This document shows, piece after piece, positions 8,903-19,753 of a stretch of DNA of 64,000 bases. Source of the stretch: Bacteroidota bacterium (GTDB taxonomy: Bacteria > Bacteroidota > Bacteroidia > Bacteroidales > WCHB1-69); contig JBAXTE010000022.1 of assembly GCA_037130365.1 (NCBI GenBank), positions 3,116 to 67,115 on the forward strand, in the 5' to 3' direction. Each line of letters opens with the position of its first letter. Position 1 is the first letter of the stretch. The position numbers and the translations under genes are program-made. A model generated the notes under the pieces. The model saw nothing but the letters and a program-made list of their open reading frames with translations. It was not told the origin of the DNA and ran no database searches.

Positions 8903-11061
8903 TGGAAATAAATCTAGTTTTTTATAAAAAGAGATTATACTCTGAGAATATGCGAAATAAAATTCATTTAACGATGTTCAAATCAATATCGTGGTTGATA
9001 GCAGTTGTATTTATTTTTATTTCTGCCCCACTTTATTCTCAGGTAAGTGATACCATTCAAATAGATCAACAGACGGAACAAATTATTGAAAATATTTCTG
9101 AAACTAACGATGGTGCAGATATCGACTACTCCGAAATTACCGAGGAGCTGGCTTTCTACCTAGAAAATCCAATAAACTTAAATGCTGCAGATCCTGATGT
9201 ACTTAAGCGTGTATTATTACTCAATGATTTTCAAATTTATAAACTAAAAGCTTATATCTCATTAGCTGGGGAGTTAGCAACATTATATGAACTCAATAAT
9301 ATTGAAGGTTTTGATTTGGAGACCATCTTCAGGATGATGCCTTATGTTTCGGTAAAACCATCTATAAGTGCTTATCATATTAATTTTAAAGATGTTCTAA
9401 AGTATGGTCGTAACCAATTGTTTTTGAGATACGTTCAGGTGTTAGAAGAGCAAAAAGGGTATTCCCCTGCATCTGATTCGTTGATGAATGTGAATCCAAA
9501 TGCTCGTTATTTGGGTGGTCCTCAAAAAATTTATGCCAAATACGCATTCAATTATCGCAATAAGATTCGTTTTGGAATCACTGCAGAAAAAGATCCGGGT
9601 GAAGAATTCTTTGCAGGCACTCAAAAAAATGGATTTGATTTCTATTCTGCCCACCTTTTTATTAAAGATTTTGGAATATTTAAAGCCATTGCTATTGGCG
9701 ATTATCATCTTCAATTTGGGCAAGGTTTAGCATTATGGACTGGTTTAGGAACAGGAAAATCATCTAATACATCGAGTTTGCAAAAAAATCCAATCGGTGT
9801 AAAACCATTCACCTCTGCCGACGAAAACAACTTTATGCGCGGTGTTGCTACAACAATTGGGTATAAGAAATTACGTCTTTCTTTGTTTTATTCGATTATG
9901 AATAAGGATGCGAATTTAGGTGACACACTTACTGCAGAAGAAAATTTTATCACTTCGATTCAAATTACAGGATTTCATCGCACCCCAGGCGAATTGGCCG
10001 ATAAACATGCGTTAAAAGAAGAACTATACGGTGCTCATCTCGATTACAAAACAGAGAACTTTAAACTAGGTGGAACTTTTGTTCGCTCATCATATAACTT
10101 AGACTTATCTAAGGATTTGGTTGCGTATAATCAATATGAGTTTGTGGGAAAACATAACCAGAATGTGAGTTTAGATTATAGTTTGTTGTATCATTCCACA
10201 TCTGTTTTTGGCGAAGTAGCCATGAGCGAAAATGGGGGAATGGCAGCAATTACTGGAATTTCACTTCGTCCTGATCCATTGATGAATTTATCACTGGTTC
10301 ATAGGTATTACCAACGAGATTATCAAGGAATTAGAGCTGCTGCTTTTGGCGAAAGTTCTAAAAATGCCAACGAGCATGCACTTTATTTAGGAACAAATAT
10401 AATTTTAAATTCACGAGTTACCATTGATGCTTATACTGATGTGTTTACTTTCCCATGGTTAAAGTATAGGGTAGATGCGCCTTCATCTGGAACAGAATAT
10501 ATGGTTCAGGTCAACTATACTCCAACGCGTACCACGCAAATGTATGTGAGATACCGCCAAACCGATAAAGTCATAAATTTAACCGATGATATTTTATTAA
10601 ATAGGGTAGTAGGGACTCAAAAAAGTTCGTTTAGATACCATATTTCTTACAAACCTTTGAGAAATTTGTCCATGAAAAACCGTTTAGAAATTGCCACTTT
10701 TAAAACTGGAACAAACGGTGTTGATTTTGGATATTTGGCATATCAGGATGCAAGTTATGCTTTCTCGAAAATTCCATTTACACTTTCAGGACGATTTGCC
10801 GTATTTAATACCGATTCGTACGATGCTCGTTTATATGCTTTTGAAGGCGATGTTTTATATGCATACTCAATTCCTGCATATTACTATCAGGGCACTCGTG
10901 CATACTTATTGTTGAAGTATTCTATTTTTAAAAATCTCGATTTTTGGTTTCGAATTTCCCAAACATGGTATTCCGATAAAGATGTTATCAGTTCTGGCTT
11001 AGAAGAAATTCTTGGAAAAACAAAAACCGATATTCATGCTCAAATTCGGTTGAAGTTTTAA
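8902..11061 (+). CDS. Helix-hairpin-helix domain (ComEA-like) outer-membrane barrel protein; true start possibly 8950 or 8974
   Basis: PINLNAAD...ELNNIEGFD HhH region, then beta-rich barrel ending in aromatic RLKF. Confidence 0.8.
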   Translation: MEINLVFYKKRLYSENMRNKIHLTMFKSISWLIAVVFIFISAPLYSQVSDTIQIDQQTEQIIENISETNDGADIDYSEITEELAFYLENPINLNAADPDVLKRVLLLNDFQIYKLKAYISLAGELATLYELNNIEGFDLETIFRMMPYVSVKPSISAYHINFKDVLKYGRNQLFLRYVQVLEEQKGYSPASDSLMNVNPNARYLGGPQKIYAKYAFNYRNKIRFGITAEKDPGEEFFAGTQKNGFDFYSAHLFIKDFGIFKAIAIGDYHLQFGQGLALWTGLGTGKSSNTSSLQKNPIGVKPFTSADENNFMRGVATTIGYKKLRLSLFYSIMNKDANLGDTLTAEENFITSIQITGFHRTPGELADKHALKEELYGAHLDYKTENFKLGGTFVRSSYNLDLSKDLVAYNQYEFVGKHNQNVSLDYSLLYHSTSVFGEVAMSENGGMAAITGISLRPDPLMNLSLVHRYYQRDYQGIRAAAFGESSKNANEHALYLGTNIILNSRVTIDAYTDVFTFPWLKYRVDAPSSGTEYMVQVNYTPTRTTQMYVRYRQTDKVINLTDDILLNRVVGTQKSSFRYHISYKPLRNLSMKNRLEIATFKTGTNGVDFGYLAYQDASYAFSKIPFTLSGRFAVFNTDSYDARLYAFEGDVLYAYSIPAYYYQGTRAYLLLKYSIFKNLDFWFRISQTWYSDKDVISSGLEEILGKTKTDIHAQIRLKF

Positions 11062-11138
11062 ATCTGTTTTTAATTTGAATCAATTAATTAGAATCATTGT
11101 TGTCCGAAATAAATTATCATATCATTTTTAAATAACTA

Positions 11139-11590
11139 GGGCTTGCTGAAAAACTTTCAAACAACTTATTATCAACACCATATATGACATCTATTCAGAA
11201 TCAAGTGCAAGATATTTTTGAAGTTTATTAAATAAACCTTGCACCTTGTGTTCTAAAATCATTTTTTTATCGCCTTACTTTTTGTCATTGCCACAAAAAG
11301 TAAGCAAAAAAGGCTAGGCGAAGCGATGCTCCACGCGCCCTGCCATAAGACTAACAAAACTAATTCGGAGTAGTGTGGCGCTCTGGCGCCACAAACGTAA
11401 ACGCCTCCGAAAGTTTTGTAAGTCTTACGTCATTCCCTCCCTGTCTGGCACCGCCGCTTCGCCCATGGCATCCCACGATTTTAGAAGAAGTAGAGATGTT
11501 TTAGTTACTTCAATGCTTCGTTGATGCTAATTGGTAACTTTTGAGTTTTTCAGCAAGACAATAATGGCACTTGAGTTTTTCAGCAGACCC
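11139..11590. mobile_element. Non-autonomous MITE with terminal inverted repeats and a 6-bp flanking direct repeat
   Basis: TIRs gggcttgctgaaaaact / agtttttcagcagaccc; taacta on both sides (11133-11138 and 11591-11596); an extra right end at 11544-11559; no transposase ORF. Confidence 0.75.
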
Positions 11591-11842
11591 TAACTAAATA
11601 TCAGTGTATTATAATTTATTTATTGAGATATAGCTTGCTTTGGAAAACACTAATATTCTTGATTTTCCGCAATTTTTTGCCTCGGTACTAAAGGATGTAA
11701 ATTGCTGAAAATCAATTCATCCGCCAGTTGGCGGATTGAGGCGAAAATAGATTGAAGCAATTTACTAAATAAGCAATATTATTGATTTTATCGGACAATA
11801 CTGAATTAGAATATTGTACTCCAATTCATTCCAATTTTACAA

Positions 11843-14155
11843 TTAAAACACCCAATTAATCCCAATACTTGGCATAAATGGTAATTGGTTTACGCGTTGT
11901 TTGGTGGTGCGGTCGAAATAAAAGATGTTTGGGCGATTATAGATGTTAGTAGCACCTAAGTTTATTTCTAAAATACTCCGTTCGGTAAAGTTGTATTTGT
12001 ATTTTAAATTGATGTCCATTCGATGAAAATCAGGTAATCTGCCTCCGTTTGTATCTTCGTATAACCAACCAAATGTTTCGTTAGATTGGGTGTAATTTCC
12101 GCCGATATTGGTTCCAAAATTTTGTGTAGGATAATTTCCCAATGTCCTCGAAAAAGCAAATCCAGTCCCATAATTCCAGCGTACATCAAATTGCCACTGA
12201 TCTAATCCTCCAAACCGATAAGAAACAAGCATATTGATATTATGTCTACGATCGAAATGGGTTGGATACTGAATAATTCCATCGTTTCTGTCTACCCAAC
12301 CTAATGAATATACAAACCAGAAATATACTTTTTCAAGTTCGTATTTTGCTGTAAAATCAGCTCCTTTAGCCATACCAGATTCCCAAATAAAATCTTCTCT
12401 TAAAATTGCTGGTTTGCTGCTGTTGGCTTCATTATCTTCATATATTTTTCGCTGATTTAGTTCAGTAAGTTGAGAGAAATTTTTAATATAACCTTCAAAA
12501 TTTAGGGTAAGATTTTTTACCACATCCCACTCCATTCCAAGAACTACATGCTGAGATTTTTGAATAAGATCGGAAACGGCCGTGCCATCAAATCTTTTAT
12601 CTGGCAATTGATCACTTCCCGATAAAAATCCGTAAAAAAGATTCACCACATCTCTTTCGGAGGATGCGCTGATTAGGTTTTGAGAATAGATTCCAGATGC
12701 TAATTTAAAACGAATTTTATCGTTAAGATTAAATTTCATCGAAAATCTAGGTTCGAAAGATATATCGCTCAACGAAGCGTAAAAATGTCCTCTAAAACTA
12801 GGTTCCAGAATAAATTTCCCATAGATTCCTTTATATTTAACATAACCAGCCATTTCTGTGGTGTTTTCTTGTTGCTGGATAATTAAATGCGAACTGTTTT
12901 GAAATTGGTAATTGGTTTGAAATCCAAGCATTTCGAAGCCGTATTTAATATTGTTTTTTCCCAATATGTAGTTGAATCCAAGTCCAATATTAAATCCATT
13001 GATATCACTACTTCGAGGTAATCCATCATGATTATCCAATACAATTCGATATTTTGAATAAGCAACAGAGCCATCCATAATTACTGGTGTAGATCCAGGA
13101 ATTAGCGAGAAGTTCATCCCACCACCAGATGATGTCCAATTAAAATCGGCTATACTTTTATATTTTACATTATCATTGAAATTGAATCCAAAAAAGTTTA
13201 TTTTGCTACCATTAGCGCTGTTCATTGATATTTTTCCATAGAAATCGTTGTAATTAAAAGGTAATCCAGCCGTGTCGATGTACTGATATAATAATTTTGA
13301 ACTTTCTGATAAATATGAATTTTTTGCTGAAAAAATGTATGAAATACTAGAGCCAGTGGCCTCATTGTATTTTACAAGTGGTCCCTCAATCAATAATTTA
13401 GCCCCAAAAGTATTTACATCGACTTTTCCTGAAACTCGTTTTTTGTTTCCTTCTCGGGTTTTAACATCCATAATTGAAGAAATTCTGCCACCATATTCAG
13501 CTCCAAATCCCCCAGAATATACATCCGCAGATTTCATGATGTCGGTATCAAAAACCGAAAATAGACCAATAGAATGAAATGGATTGTAAATAACCATTCC
13601 ATCTAAAAGCACTTTATTTTGAATTGGAGATCCTCCTCTAATATATAATTGACCACCTTGGTCTCCGGTAAATATTACTCCAGGAAGTATTTGTAGATAT
13701 TGAGCTAAATCAGGGGTGCCGCCAATGGTGGGCATTTGCTTAATTTGTTTTGGGGTAACATAAGCAACTGAAGTACGAGTTTCGTTTTGCGATCTTTCGC
13801 GCTCTGCTGTAAGACTAAATTGCGTTAATGTAAAAGCAGCTTTAGTAATTATTATTTTTTTTGTAACCACTTCTCCAGCTTTAACAGAAACAACCATAGC
13901 CAAGGAATCGTATCCCATCGATTTCATCATTAAAGTATAAGTTCCAGGTGGGATTTTATTGATTGCAAAGTTCCCATTTCCATCGCTTGTACTTCCTAAA
14001 CTTGTTCCTTTTAAAAACACGTTTGTAAATGGAACTGCTTCGCCACTTTCTTTTTCGATAATAATACCTTTAATAATAGCATTTTGCCCAAGTAATTGTC
14101 CAAAGATAAGTACAAACCCTAAAGTTATCCATAGACGGTAAATCGTTTTCCCCAT
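11843..14155 (-). CDS. TonB-dependent receptor-like protein with N-terminal carboxypeptidase-regulatory-like domain
   Basis: LPGVIFTGDQGGQLYIRGG plug motif, GEAVPFTNVFLKG N-domain, C-terminal WVF; ATG at 14155. Confidence 0.88.
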   Translation of the reverse strand: MGKTIYRLWITLGFVLIFGQLLGQNAIIKGIIIEKESGEAVPFTNVFLKGTSLGSTSDGNGNFAINKIPPGTYTLMMKSMGYDSLAMVVSVKAGEVVTKKIIITKAAFTLTQFSLTAERERSQNETRTSVAYVTPKQIKQMPTIGGTPDLAQYLQILPGVIFTGDQGGQLYIRGGSPIQNKVLLDGMVIYNPFHSIGLFSVFDTDIMKSADVYSGGFGAEYGGRISSIMDVKTREGNKKRVSGKVDVNTFGAKLLIEGPLVKYNEATGSSISYIFSAKNSYLSESSKLLYQYIDTAGLPFNYNDFYGKISMNSANGSKINFFGFNFNDNVKYKSIADFNWTSSGGGMNFSLIPGSTPVIMDGSVAYSKYRIVLDNHDGLPRSSDINGFNIGLGFNYILGKNNIKYGFEMLGFQTNYQFQNSSHLIIQQQENTTEMAGYVKYKGIYGKFILEPSFRGHFYASLSDISFEPRFSMKFNLNDKIRFKLASGIYSQNLISASSERDVVNLFYGFLSGSDQLPDKRFDGTAVSDLIQKSQHVVLGMEWDVVKNLTLNFEGYIKNFSQLTELNQRKIYEDNEANSSKPAILREDFIWESGMAKGADFTAKYELEKVYFWFVYSLGWVDRNDGIIQYPTHFDRRHNINMLVSYRFGGLDQWQFDVRWNYGTGFAFSRTLGNYPTQNFGTNIGGNYTQSNETFGWLYEDTNGGRLPDFHRMDINLKYKYNFTERSILEINLGATNIYNRPNIFYFDRTTKQRVNQLPFMPSIGINWVF

Positions 14156-14234
14156 GATGTATTCCAAATTTTCAATATTCTATTAACAGATTCCAAAAGT
14201 ATTAAAAAAAATCAAATATATTTCAATTTTTAAT

Positions 14235-15248
14235 TTATGCGTAAGCGATTTTGATAATTAGCTCCTTTAGTAATTGATCGCCCGAAATTTGATCTGCTTC
14301 AACTCCTTTAGATTTTAAATCATATTCTCGAAGAATAGATATAACCTTTATCGTTTTCAAAATTGGATAATTGTTAGCAGCTGTAAGATAATCTTGCACA
14401 AAGCTAGGACTAACGCCAACTTCTTTAGCAATATTCTCTCTTGTTTTTGCTTCTAAGCTATGTAAGATCATGATTTTGTTAAAAAAAGAGAACAGAATTG
14501 GGATCACTTTTGCTGGCGGATTTTCTTTTAAATTTTGACCAAAATAATCTATGATTTTAAAAGAAACTGCGTGGTTTTTATTTCCAAGCGATTTGTATAG
14601 CTCGAAGAGGTTATAATCTTTGCTAATACCAATGTTTTTTTCAATGTTGTCGGGTGTGATTTCGTCCCCTTTTTCGGTAAGAATGAAGAGTTTTGTTAAC
14701 TCATTGGTTTGTCGTGATAAATTATTTCCAACATATTCTGAAAGCATTAATGCGCCTTTTTCTCCCATTCTATAACCGCTCTCTTTTACAAAAGCCTGAA
14801 TCCAACTTGGAACCTGATTGTCGTAAATTTTAGCAGATTCAAATAGTATTCCAACGGATTGAATTGTTTTTGCAATTTTTTTGCGACTGTCGAGTTTCTT
14901 GTATTTGTGACAAAAAACAAGAATAGTGCTTTTTACAGGGTTTTCTAAATAGGTTGCCAATAACTCTAAAAATACTTCCGTGGGCTTAATGTCTTGAGCT
15001 TCTTTAACTACAATTACCTGATAATTAGACATCATTGGGAATCCTTTTGCTAAAGCAAACAACTCATTTGATTTAACATCTCTGCCATAAAGAACGGTTT
15101 GATTAAAATCACGTTCTGATGGATCGATGGCATGCTCTTCTATATAGTCAGAAATTACATCGATATAATACGGTTCTTCACCATGAAGAAAATAGATGGG
15201 TTGAAGAATCTTTTTATCAATTTGATTTAGAATTTCTTTATAGGTCAT
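14235..15248 (-). CDS. holA: DNA polymerase III subunit delta
   Basis: IYFLHGEEPYYID, FNQTVLYG, PMMSNYQVIVVKEAQ. Confidence 0.93.
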   Translation of the reverse strand: MTYKEILNQIDKKILQPIYFLHGEEPYYIDVISDYIEEHAIDPSERDFNQTVLYGRDVKSNELFALAKGFPMMSNYQVIVVKEAQDIKPTEVFLELLATYLENPVKSTILVFCHKYKKLDSRKKIAKTIQSVGILFESAKIYDNQVPSWIQAFVKESGYRMGEKGALMLSEYVGNNLSRQTNELTKLFILTEKGDEITPDNIEKNIGISKDYNLFELYKSLGNKNHAVSFKIIDYFGQNLKENPPAKVIPILFSFFNKIMILHSLEAKTRENIAKEVGVSPSFVQDYLTAANNYPILKTIKVISILREYDLKSKGVEADQISGDQLLKELIIKIAYA

Positions 15249-15280
15249 AGTTGAAAATATATTGGCTTTTATTCGTGGAA

Positions 15281-16057
15281 CTAAATATCAAATCTTAGGT
15301 GCTTTACTGTTAACCCCTCATTAATAAGCTGTTTTAAGGAGTCTATCCCTATAAGCAAATGGTTCTCCACAAAATTTTCAGTAACCAAATGGTCGCTTTT
15401 TTCCGTTTTTACACCGTCTGAAATCATTGGTTGATCAGAAACTAATAATAGAGCACCTGTAGGAATTTGGTTGGCAAATCCTGTAATAAACAAAGTCGCT
15501 GTTTCCATATCGATGGCCATAGCTCTAATTTTTCGGAGGTAATCCTTAAATGTTTCGTCATGTTCCCACACTCTTCGGTTGGTTGTGTAAACGGTGCCTG
15601 TCCAATAATCTAAAGCATGTTCTCTAATCGTGGTTGAAATTGCTTTTTGCATACTAAATGCAGGTAAGGCTGGGACTTCTGGAGGAAAATAATCATTGGA
15701 TGTACCTTCACCTCTTATTGCCGCAATTGGCAATATTAAATCACCAAGATTATTTTTTACTTTGAGTCCACCACATTTTCCTAAAAACAATACTGCTTTT
15801 GGTGATATTGCCGACAGTAAATCCATTACCGTTGCTGCATTTGCACTACCCATCGAAAAATCAATAATCGTAATATTATCACAAGAAGCCGATGGCATTG
15901 CCTTATCTTCACCACGTATAGGTACATTATTCCACTTTGCAAAAAGTTCAACATAATGCTTGAAGTTTGTTAGAATTATATATTCTCCGAACTCTTCTAC
16001 TGGAGTCCCAGTATATCTAGGAAGCCAATTGTTAACTATTTCTTTCTTGGTAATCAT
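15281..16057 (-). CDS. amn: AMP nucleosidase (PNP/UDP family)
   Basis: NWLPRYTG, LFLGKCGGL, AIRGEGTS, IDMETAT. Confidence 0.92.
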   Translation of the reverse strand: MITKKEIVNNWLPRYTGTPVEEFGEYIILTNFKHYVELFAKWNNVPIRGEDKAMPSASCDNITIIDFSMGSANAATVMDLLSAISPKAVLFLGKCGGLKVKNNLGDLILPIAAIRGEGTSNDYFPPEVPALPAFSMQKAISTTIREHALDYWTGTVYTTNRRVWEHDETFKDYLRKIRAMAIDMETATLFITGFANQIPTGALLLVSDQPMISDGVKTEKSDHLVTENFVENHLLIGIDSLKQLINEGLTVKHLRFDI

Positions 16058-16502
16058 CTCATTACGTATTTATTTTGACCAATTATCTTTGTTTTTATTA
16101 TTGGTAGTATTCCTATTACCAAATTGTTTTTTGCTTATTACTAAAATCTATAATTTGTCATGACAAACAAAAAAACATTTGAATAATTTGAAAAATGTTT
16201 TTAATATTTGATTTTACACATCAATTTATTCTCTACAAAAATAGTGTTTTTATACAAACAATCAGCACAAATTTGCTATTTGTCATATTCTAGGTTATGC
16301 TTGACTTCTAAAAAATTATTTAATCTCCTTTTTTTTAATGCATTCTGGATTATATTCGTTCGTTTTGTGTTCTATCAAAATCTGCTTTATTCAAATTGCT
16401 ATACGGATGATTAGTCTAGTGATATTTTCAAATTTTGAGTTTCTGTTATAATTGAATAAGTCCATTTTTTGCAATATCAATATTAATTACGATATTTGTA
16501 TA

Positions 16503-16979
16503 ATGGAAATACTCAATTTGCCTAAAGTTGAATTCAAATTACGAAATATTGGAGATTCTAAAACTGAAATTTTTGATTCGTTTCGTAAAAAGTTTGTAGT
16601 GCTCACCCCCGAAGAATGGGTGAGACAACATTTTGCACACTTTTTAATCAACCAAATTGGAGTTCCATTGGGATTGATTGCGCTTGAAAAAAAAATTTTG
16701 ATGAACAGTCTCACTCGAAGGTTTGATATTGTAGTGTATTCTAGAGATGTAAATCCATTGCTAATAATTGAATGTAAGTCTACGGCTGTGCAAATTTCTC
16801 AAGAAGTTTTTAATCAAGCAGCTCGATATAATACGGTTCTTAAAGCACCCTATTTAGTGGTTACAAACGGACATGTACATCACGCATGTAAAATTGATTT
16901 TGAAAATTTGAACATTAATTTCTTAAATTCATTACCTTTATATTCTGAAATGATTAATAATAATTCCGCTATAATATGA
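16503..16979 (+). CDS. Stand-alone HsdR N-terminal-domain protein (conserved Bacteroidota gene)
   Basis: RKKFVVLTPEEWVRQHF, RRFDIVVY..IIECK, VTNG; ATG at 16503. Confidence 0.85.
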   Translation: MEILNLPKVEFKLRNIGDSKTEIFDSFRKKFVVLTPEEWVRQHFAHFLINQIGVPLGLIALEKKILMNSLTRRFDIVVYSRDVNPLLIIECKSTAVQISQEVFNQAARYNTVLKAPYLVVTNGHVHHACKIDFENLNINFLNSLPLYSEMINNNSAII

Positions 16980-19723
16980 AACATTTTTATTGGTTACTTT
17001 TCACTTCACTTTTTATGATAAATGGAGTTTTTGGTCAAGTCCCTCCAAGCCAGCAATTGGTGTTGAAGGTAAAAGATCAATATCGCTCATATTGTGATAT
17101 TTATAAGATAAATATTCCTGGATTTCAACTGTTTGAAACCAACTTTCAACTACTACAGTTGCATAAAATATTTCCAAATATCGCGAAACCAAAAATGGTC
17201 GTCAATAAATTTGGCGATACATTAATAGATTTAAGCTTGATTTATGAAGTAAATTTTCAAAATACAAATTTAAATAAACAGCAAGTTTGTAATCAACTTA
17301 ATAATTCTGGGTGGTTTGAATATGTAGAACCAAAAAACACGCACTTTCCTCTGTTTGTGCCCGATGATGCAAATATTTTAAATCAGTATTATCTAAACAA
17401 AATTCATGCATACGAAGGTTGGGATGTTTCTAAGGGAGATAGTACAATTATAATAGGAATTTCTGATACTGGTTTCGATTTTACACATTTAGATTTATCG
17501 GGCTCAGTGGCGTATAATCTTAACGACACGATTGATGGTATTGATAATGATAACGATGGGTATATTGATAATTACCGCGGATGGGATTTAGGAGCAAACG
17601 ATAATAATCCTCAGATTACCTCAGGAAACCATGGATTGTTTGTCTCTGCAATTGCTGGTGCTCGTGCGAACAACTCAATTGGGATGGCTGGTGTTGGTTT
17701 TAACTCTAAAATATTGCCCTTAAAAATAACTAATAGCAGTGAACTAATTACACAAGGTTATGAATCAATTGTTTACGGGGCAACTCATGGTTGCAGCGTG
17801 ATTAATTGCTCATGGGGAGGACAAGTTACCGATGGTAAATTTGGCGAAGATGTGGTTAATTTTGCTTCGATTAATTGCAATACCCTGATTGTTGCTGCAT
17901 GTGGAAACGACGGAACAATTTTGCCATTTTGGCCAGCTTCGTATCCAAATGTATTAAGTGTAAGTTCTACCGATAATGTTGATGTTAGATCTGATTTTTC
18001 AAGTTTTGGATGGAATGTCGATATCGCTGCTCCGGGTAGCAATATCTATTCTGCTATACAAGGAAATGGCTATACTTATTCTGCCGGAACTTCTTTTTCT
18101 GCTCCAATGGTATCAGCTTGTGCAGCGATTGTGAAATCTTATTTCCCAACCCTTTCTGCTTTGCAAATTGCTGAACGACTTAAAGTTACTTCAGATAATA
18201 TTGATACAGTTTTGTTAAATGCAACTTATGTTGGAAAGCTTGGTAAAGGCAGATTGAATCTGTATAGAGCTCTTACCGATCTCGATAGACCATCCATTCG
18301 GTACGATAATCCAAATTTTTCAAAAAATTATCCGTTGGTGAATGATACTATTTCATTTTATGCAAACTTCAAAAACTATTTATCAGCCACTCAAAATCTC
18401 AGAATTGTGATGTCTGTGGTGCAAGGCAATGCGTATATTCTTGATTCAGCAATAACAGTTCCTTCACTTTCTGCTTTTCAATCTTTTAATAATCAATCAA
18501 ATCCGTTTAGATTTATTCTAGAAAATAATCCACCAAATAGTGAACTGGTTTTTAAACTTTCATATTTTGATACCGATTATCGTGGATATGAATATGTGAA
18601 ATTGTACGCAAATAAATCCTATATTTCGATAGATACCAATAATATATCAACTACTTTAACTGGAAATAGCCGTTTGGGATTCCCTGATAATCTTTTTGAA
18701 CAAGGGGAGGGTTTTAATTATTTACAGACCAATCAGATGTTTTATGTGGGTGGACTTATCTTGGGGAAAAATTCTGATTTTGTGTCTGATAATATCTATG
18801 GCGATGTTGATTACGATACAGATTTTCAGAACGTTGTACTTCCGTTAAGAGTCTTACCTTCAGTAGTTTCTGATTTAGATGCAAAAACTGTATATAACGA
18901 CGATGGGGCAGGAGCGAATAAAATGAATATTCAGGTTACACACAATATTTATGCTTGGAATCAAATTGGACTAGAGGACTTTATTGTTCATTCATTTACA
19001 TTGAAAAATATTGGAACTGCTTCTCAACTGGGAATGTATGCAGGATTGTTTATCGATTGGGATATTTATTTGTCTTCATACAACAAAGCAAATTATTTAT
19101 CAAGCTCCAAAATGATGTATGTTTGGAGTCCAATGGGTGGAAAATTTGGCGGTGTTGCTACTTTATCTGATTTTCCAACCAATAAATATGCATTTGATAA
19201 TGATGGAAGTAATTTGAGTTTAAAAATAAATAATGGATTCAGTAATATCGAAAAATATACTGCACTCACATCCAACCGTGATTCTGCTGGTTGTTCGGGT
19301 AATGGCAGTGATATTTCAACGTTATTAAGTTACGGACCAATAAATTTGTTGCCCAATGATACCATTACTTTAAATTTTGTAGTAATGGCGGGCAATTCAC
19401 CTCAATCGCTAATAAATTCAACAGCTGCTGCTTATCAAAAAATGAATCCAGATTTTAGTGGAGTTTTTGGTGTAAATAATTCTGAATCGATAGTGCAACT
19501 TTCTCCAAACCCAGTTAAAAATGAGCTTTTTGTAAAATCTACAGCCTCAATATCTGCTGTCGAATGTTATGATATTCTTGGAAATTTGTGCGTAATAACC
19601 CCAATTTCTATTAATCAAAATAGTTGTTCTGTAAATGTCTCATTATTCAAAAATGGATTATATGTAGTCAAAGTAATTACTCCAAATGGAAATTATTTTC
19701 AAAAAATTATTGTAAATCATTAA
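16976..19723 (+). CDS. S8 (subtilisin-like) serine peptidase with T9SS type A C-terminal domain
   Basis: Triad motifs ISDTG, NHGLFVS, GTSFSAP; C-terminal LSPNPVKN...NGLYVVKV CTD. Confidence 0.92.
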   Translation: MKHFYWLLFTSLFMINGVFGQVPPSQQLVLKVKDQYRSYCDIYKINIPGFQLFETNFQLLQLHKIFPNIAKPKMVVNKFGDTLIDLSLIYEVNFQNTNLNKQQVCNQLNNSGWFEYVEPKNTHFPLFVPDDANILNQYYLNKIHAYEGWDVSKGDSTIIIGISDTGFDFTHLDLSGSVAYNLNDTIDGIDNDNDGYIDNYRGWDLGANDNNPQITSGNHGLFVSAIAGARANNSIGMAGVGFNSKILPLKITNSSELITQGYESIVYGATHGCSVINCSWGGQVTDGKFGEDVVNFASINCNTLIVAACGNDGTILPFWPASYPNVLSVSSTDNVDVRSDFSSFGWNVDIAAPGSNIYSAIQGNGYTYSAGTSFSAPMVSACAAIVKSYFPTLSALQIAERLKVTSDNIDTVLLNATYVGKLGKGRLNLYRALTDLDRPSIRYDNPNFSKNYPLVNDTISFYANFKNYLSATQNLRIVMSVVQGNAYILDSAITVPSLSAFQSFNNQSNPFRFILENNPPNSELVFKLSYFDTDYRGYEYVKLYANKSYISIDTNNISTTLTGNSRLGFPDNLFEQGEGFNYLQTNQMFYVGGLILGKNSDFVSDNIYGDVDYDTDFQNVVLPLRVLPSVVSDLDAKTVYNDDGAGANKMNIQVTHNIYAWNQIGLEDFIVHSFTLKNIGTASQLGMYAGLFIDWDIYLSSYNKANYLSSSKMMYVWSPMGGKFGGVATLSDFPTNKYAFDNDGSNLSLKINNGFSNIEKYTALTSNRDSAGCSGNGSDISTLLSYGPINLLPNDTITLNFVVMAGNSPQSLINSTAAAYQKMNPDFSGVFGVNNSESIVQLSPNPVKNELFVKSTASISAVECYDILGNLCVITPISINQNSCSVNVSLFKNGLYVVKVITPNGNYFQKIIVNH

Positions 19724-19753
19724 TTCAAATTATCAAAAATAACCAGCTCAGAT

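Noticed and set aside
16503-16979. HsdR N-terminal-domain gene as part of a second RM system
   Set aside because: Stand-alone, embedded among housekeeping genes, with no hsdM/S nearby; typical conserved Bacteroidota gene.
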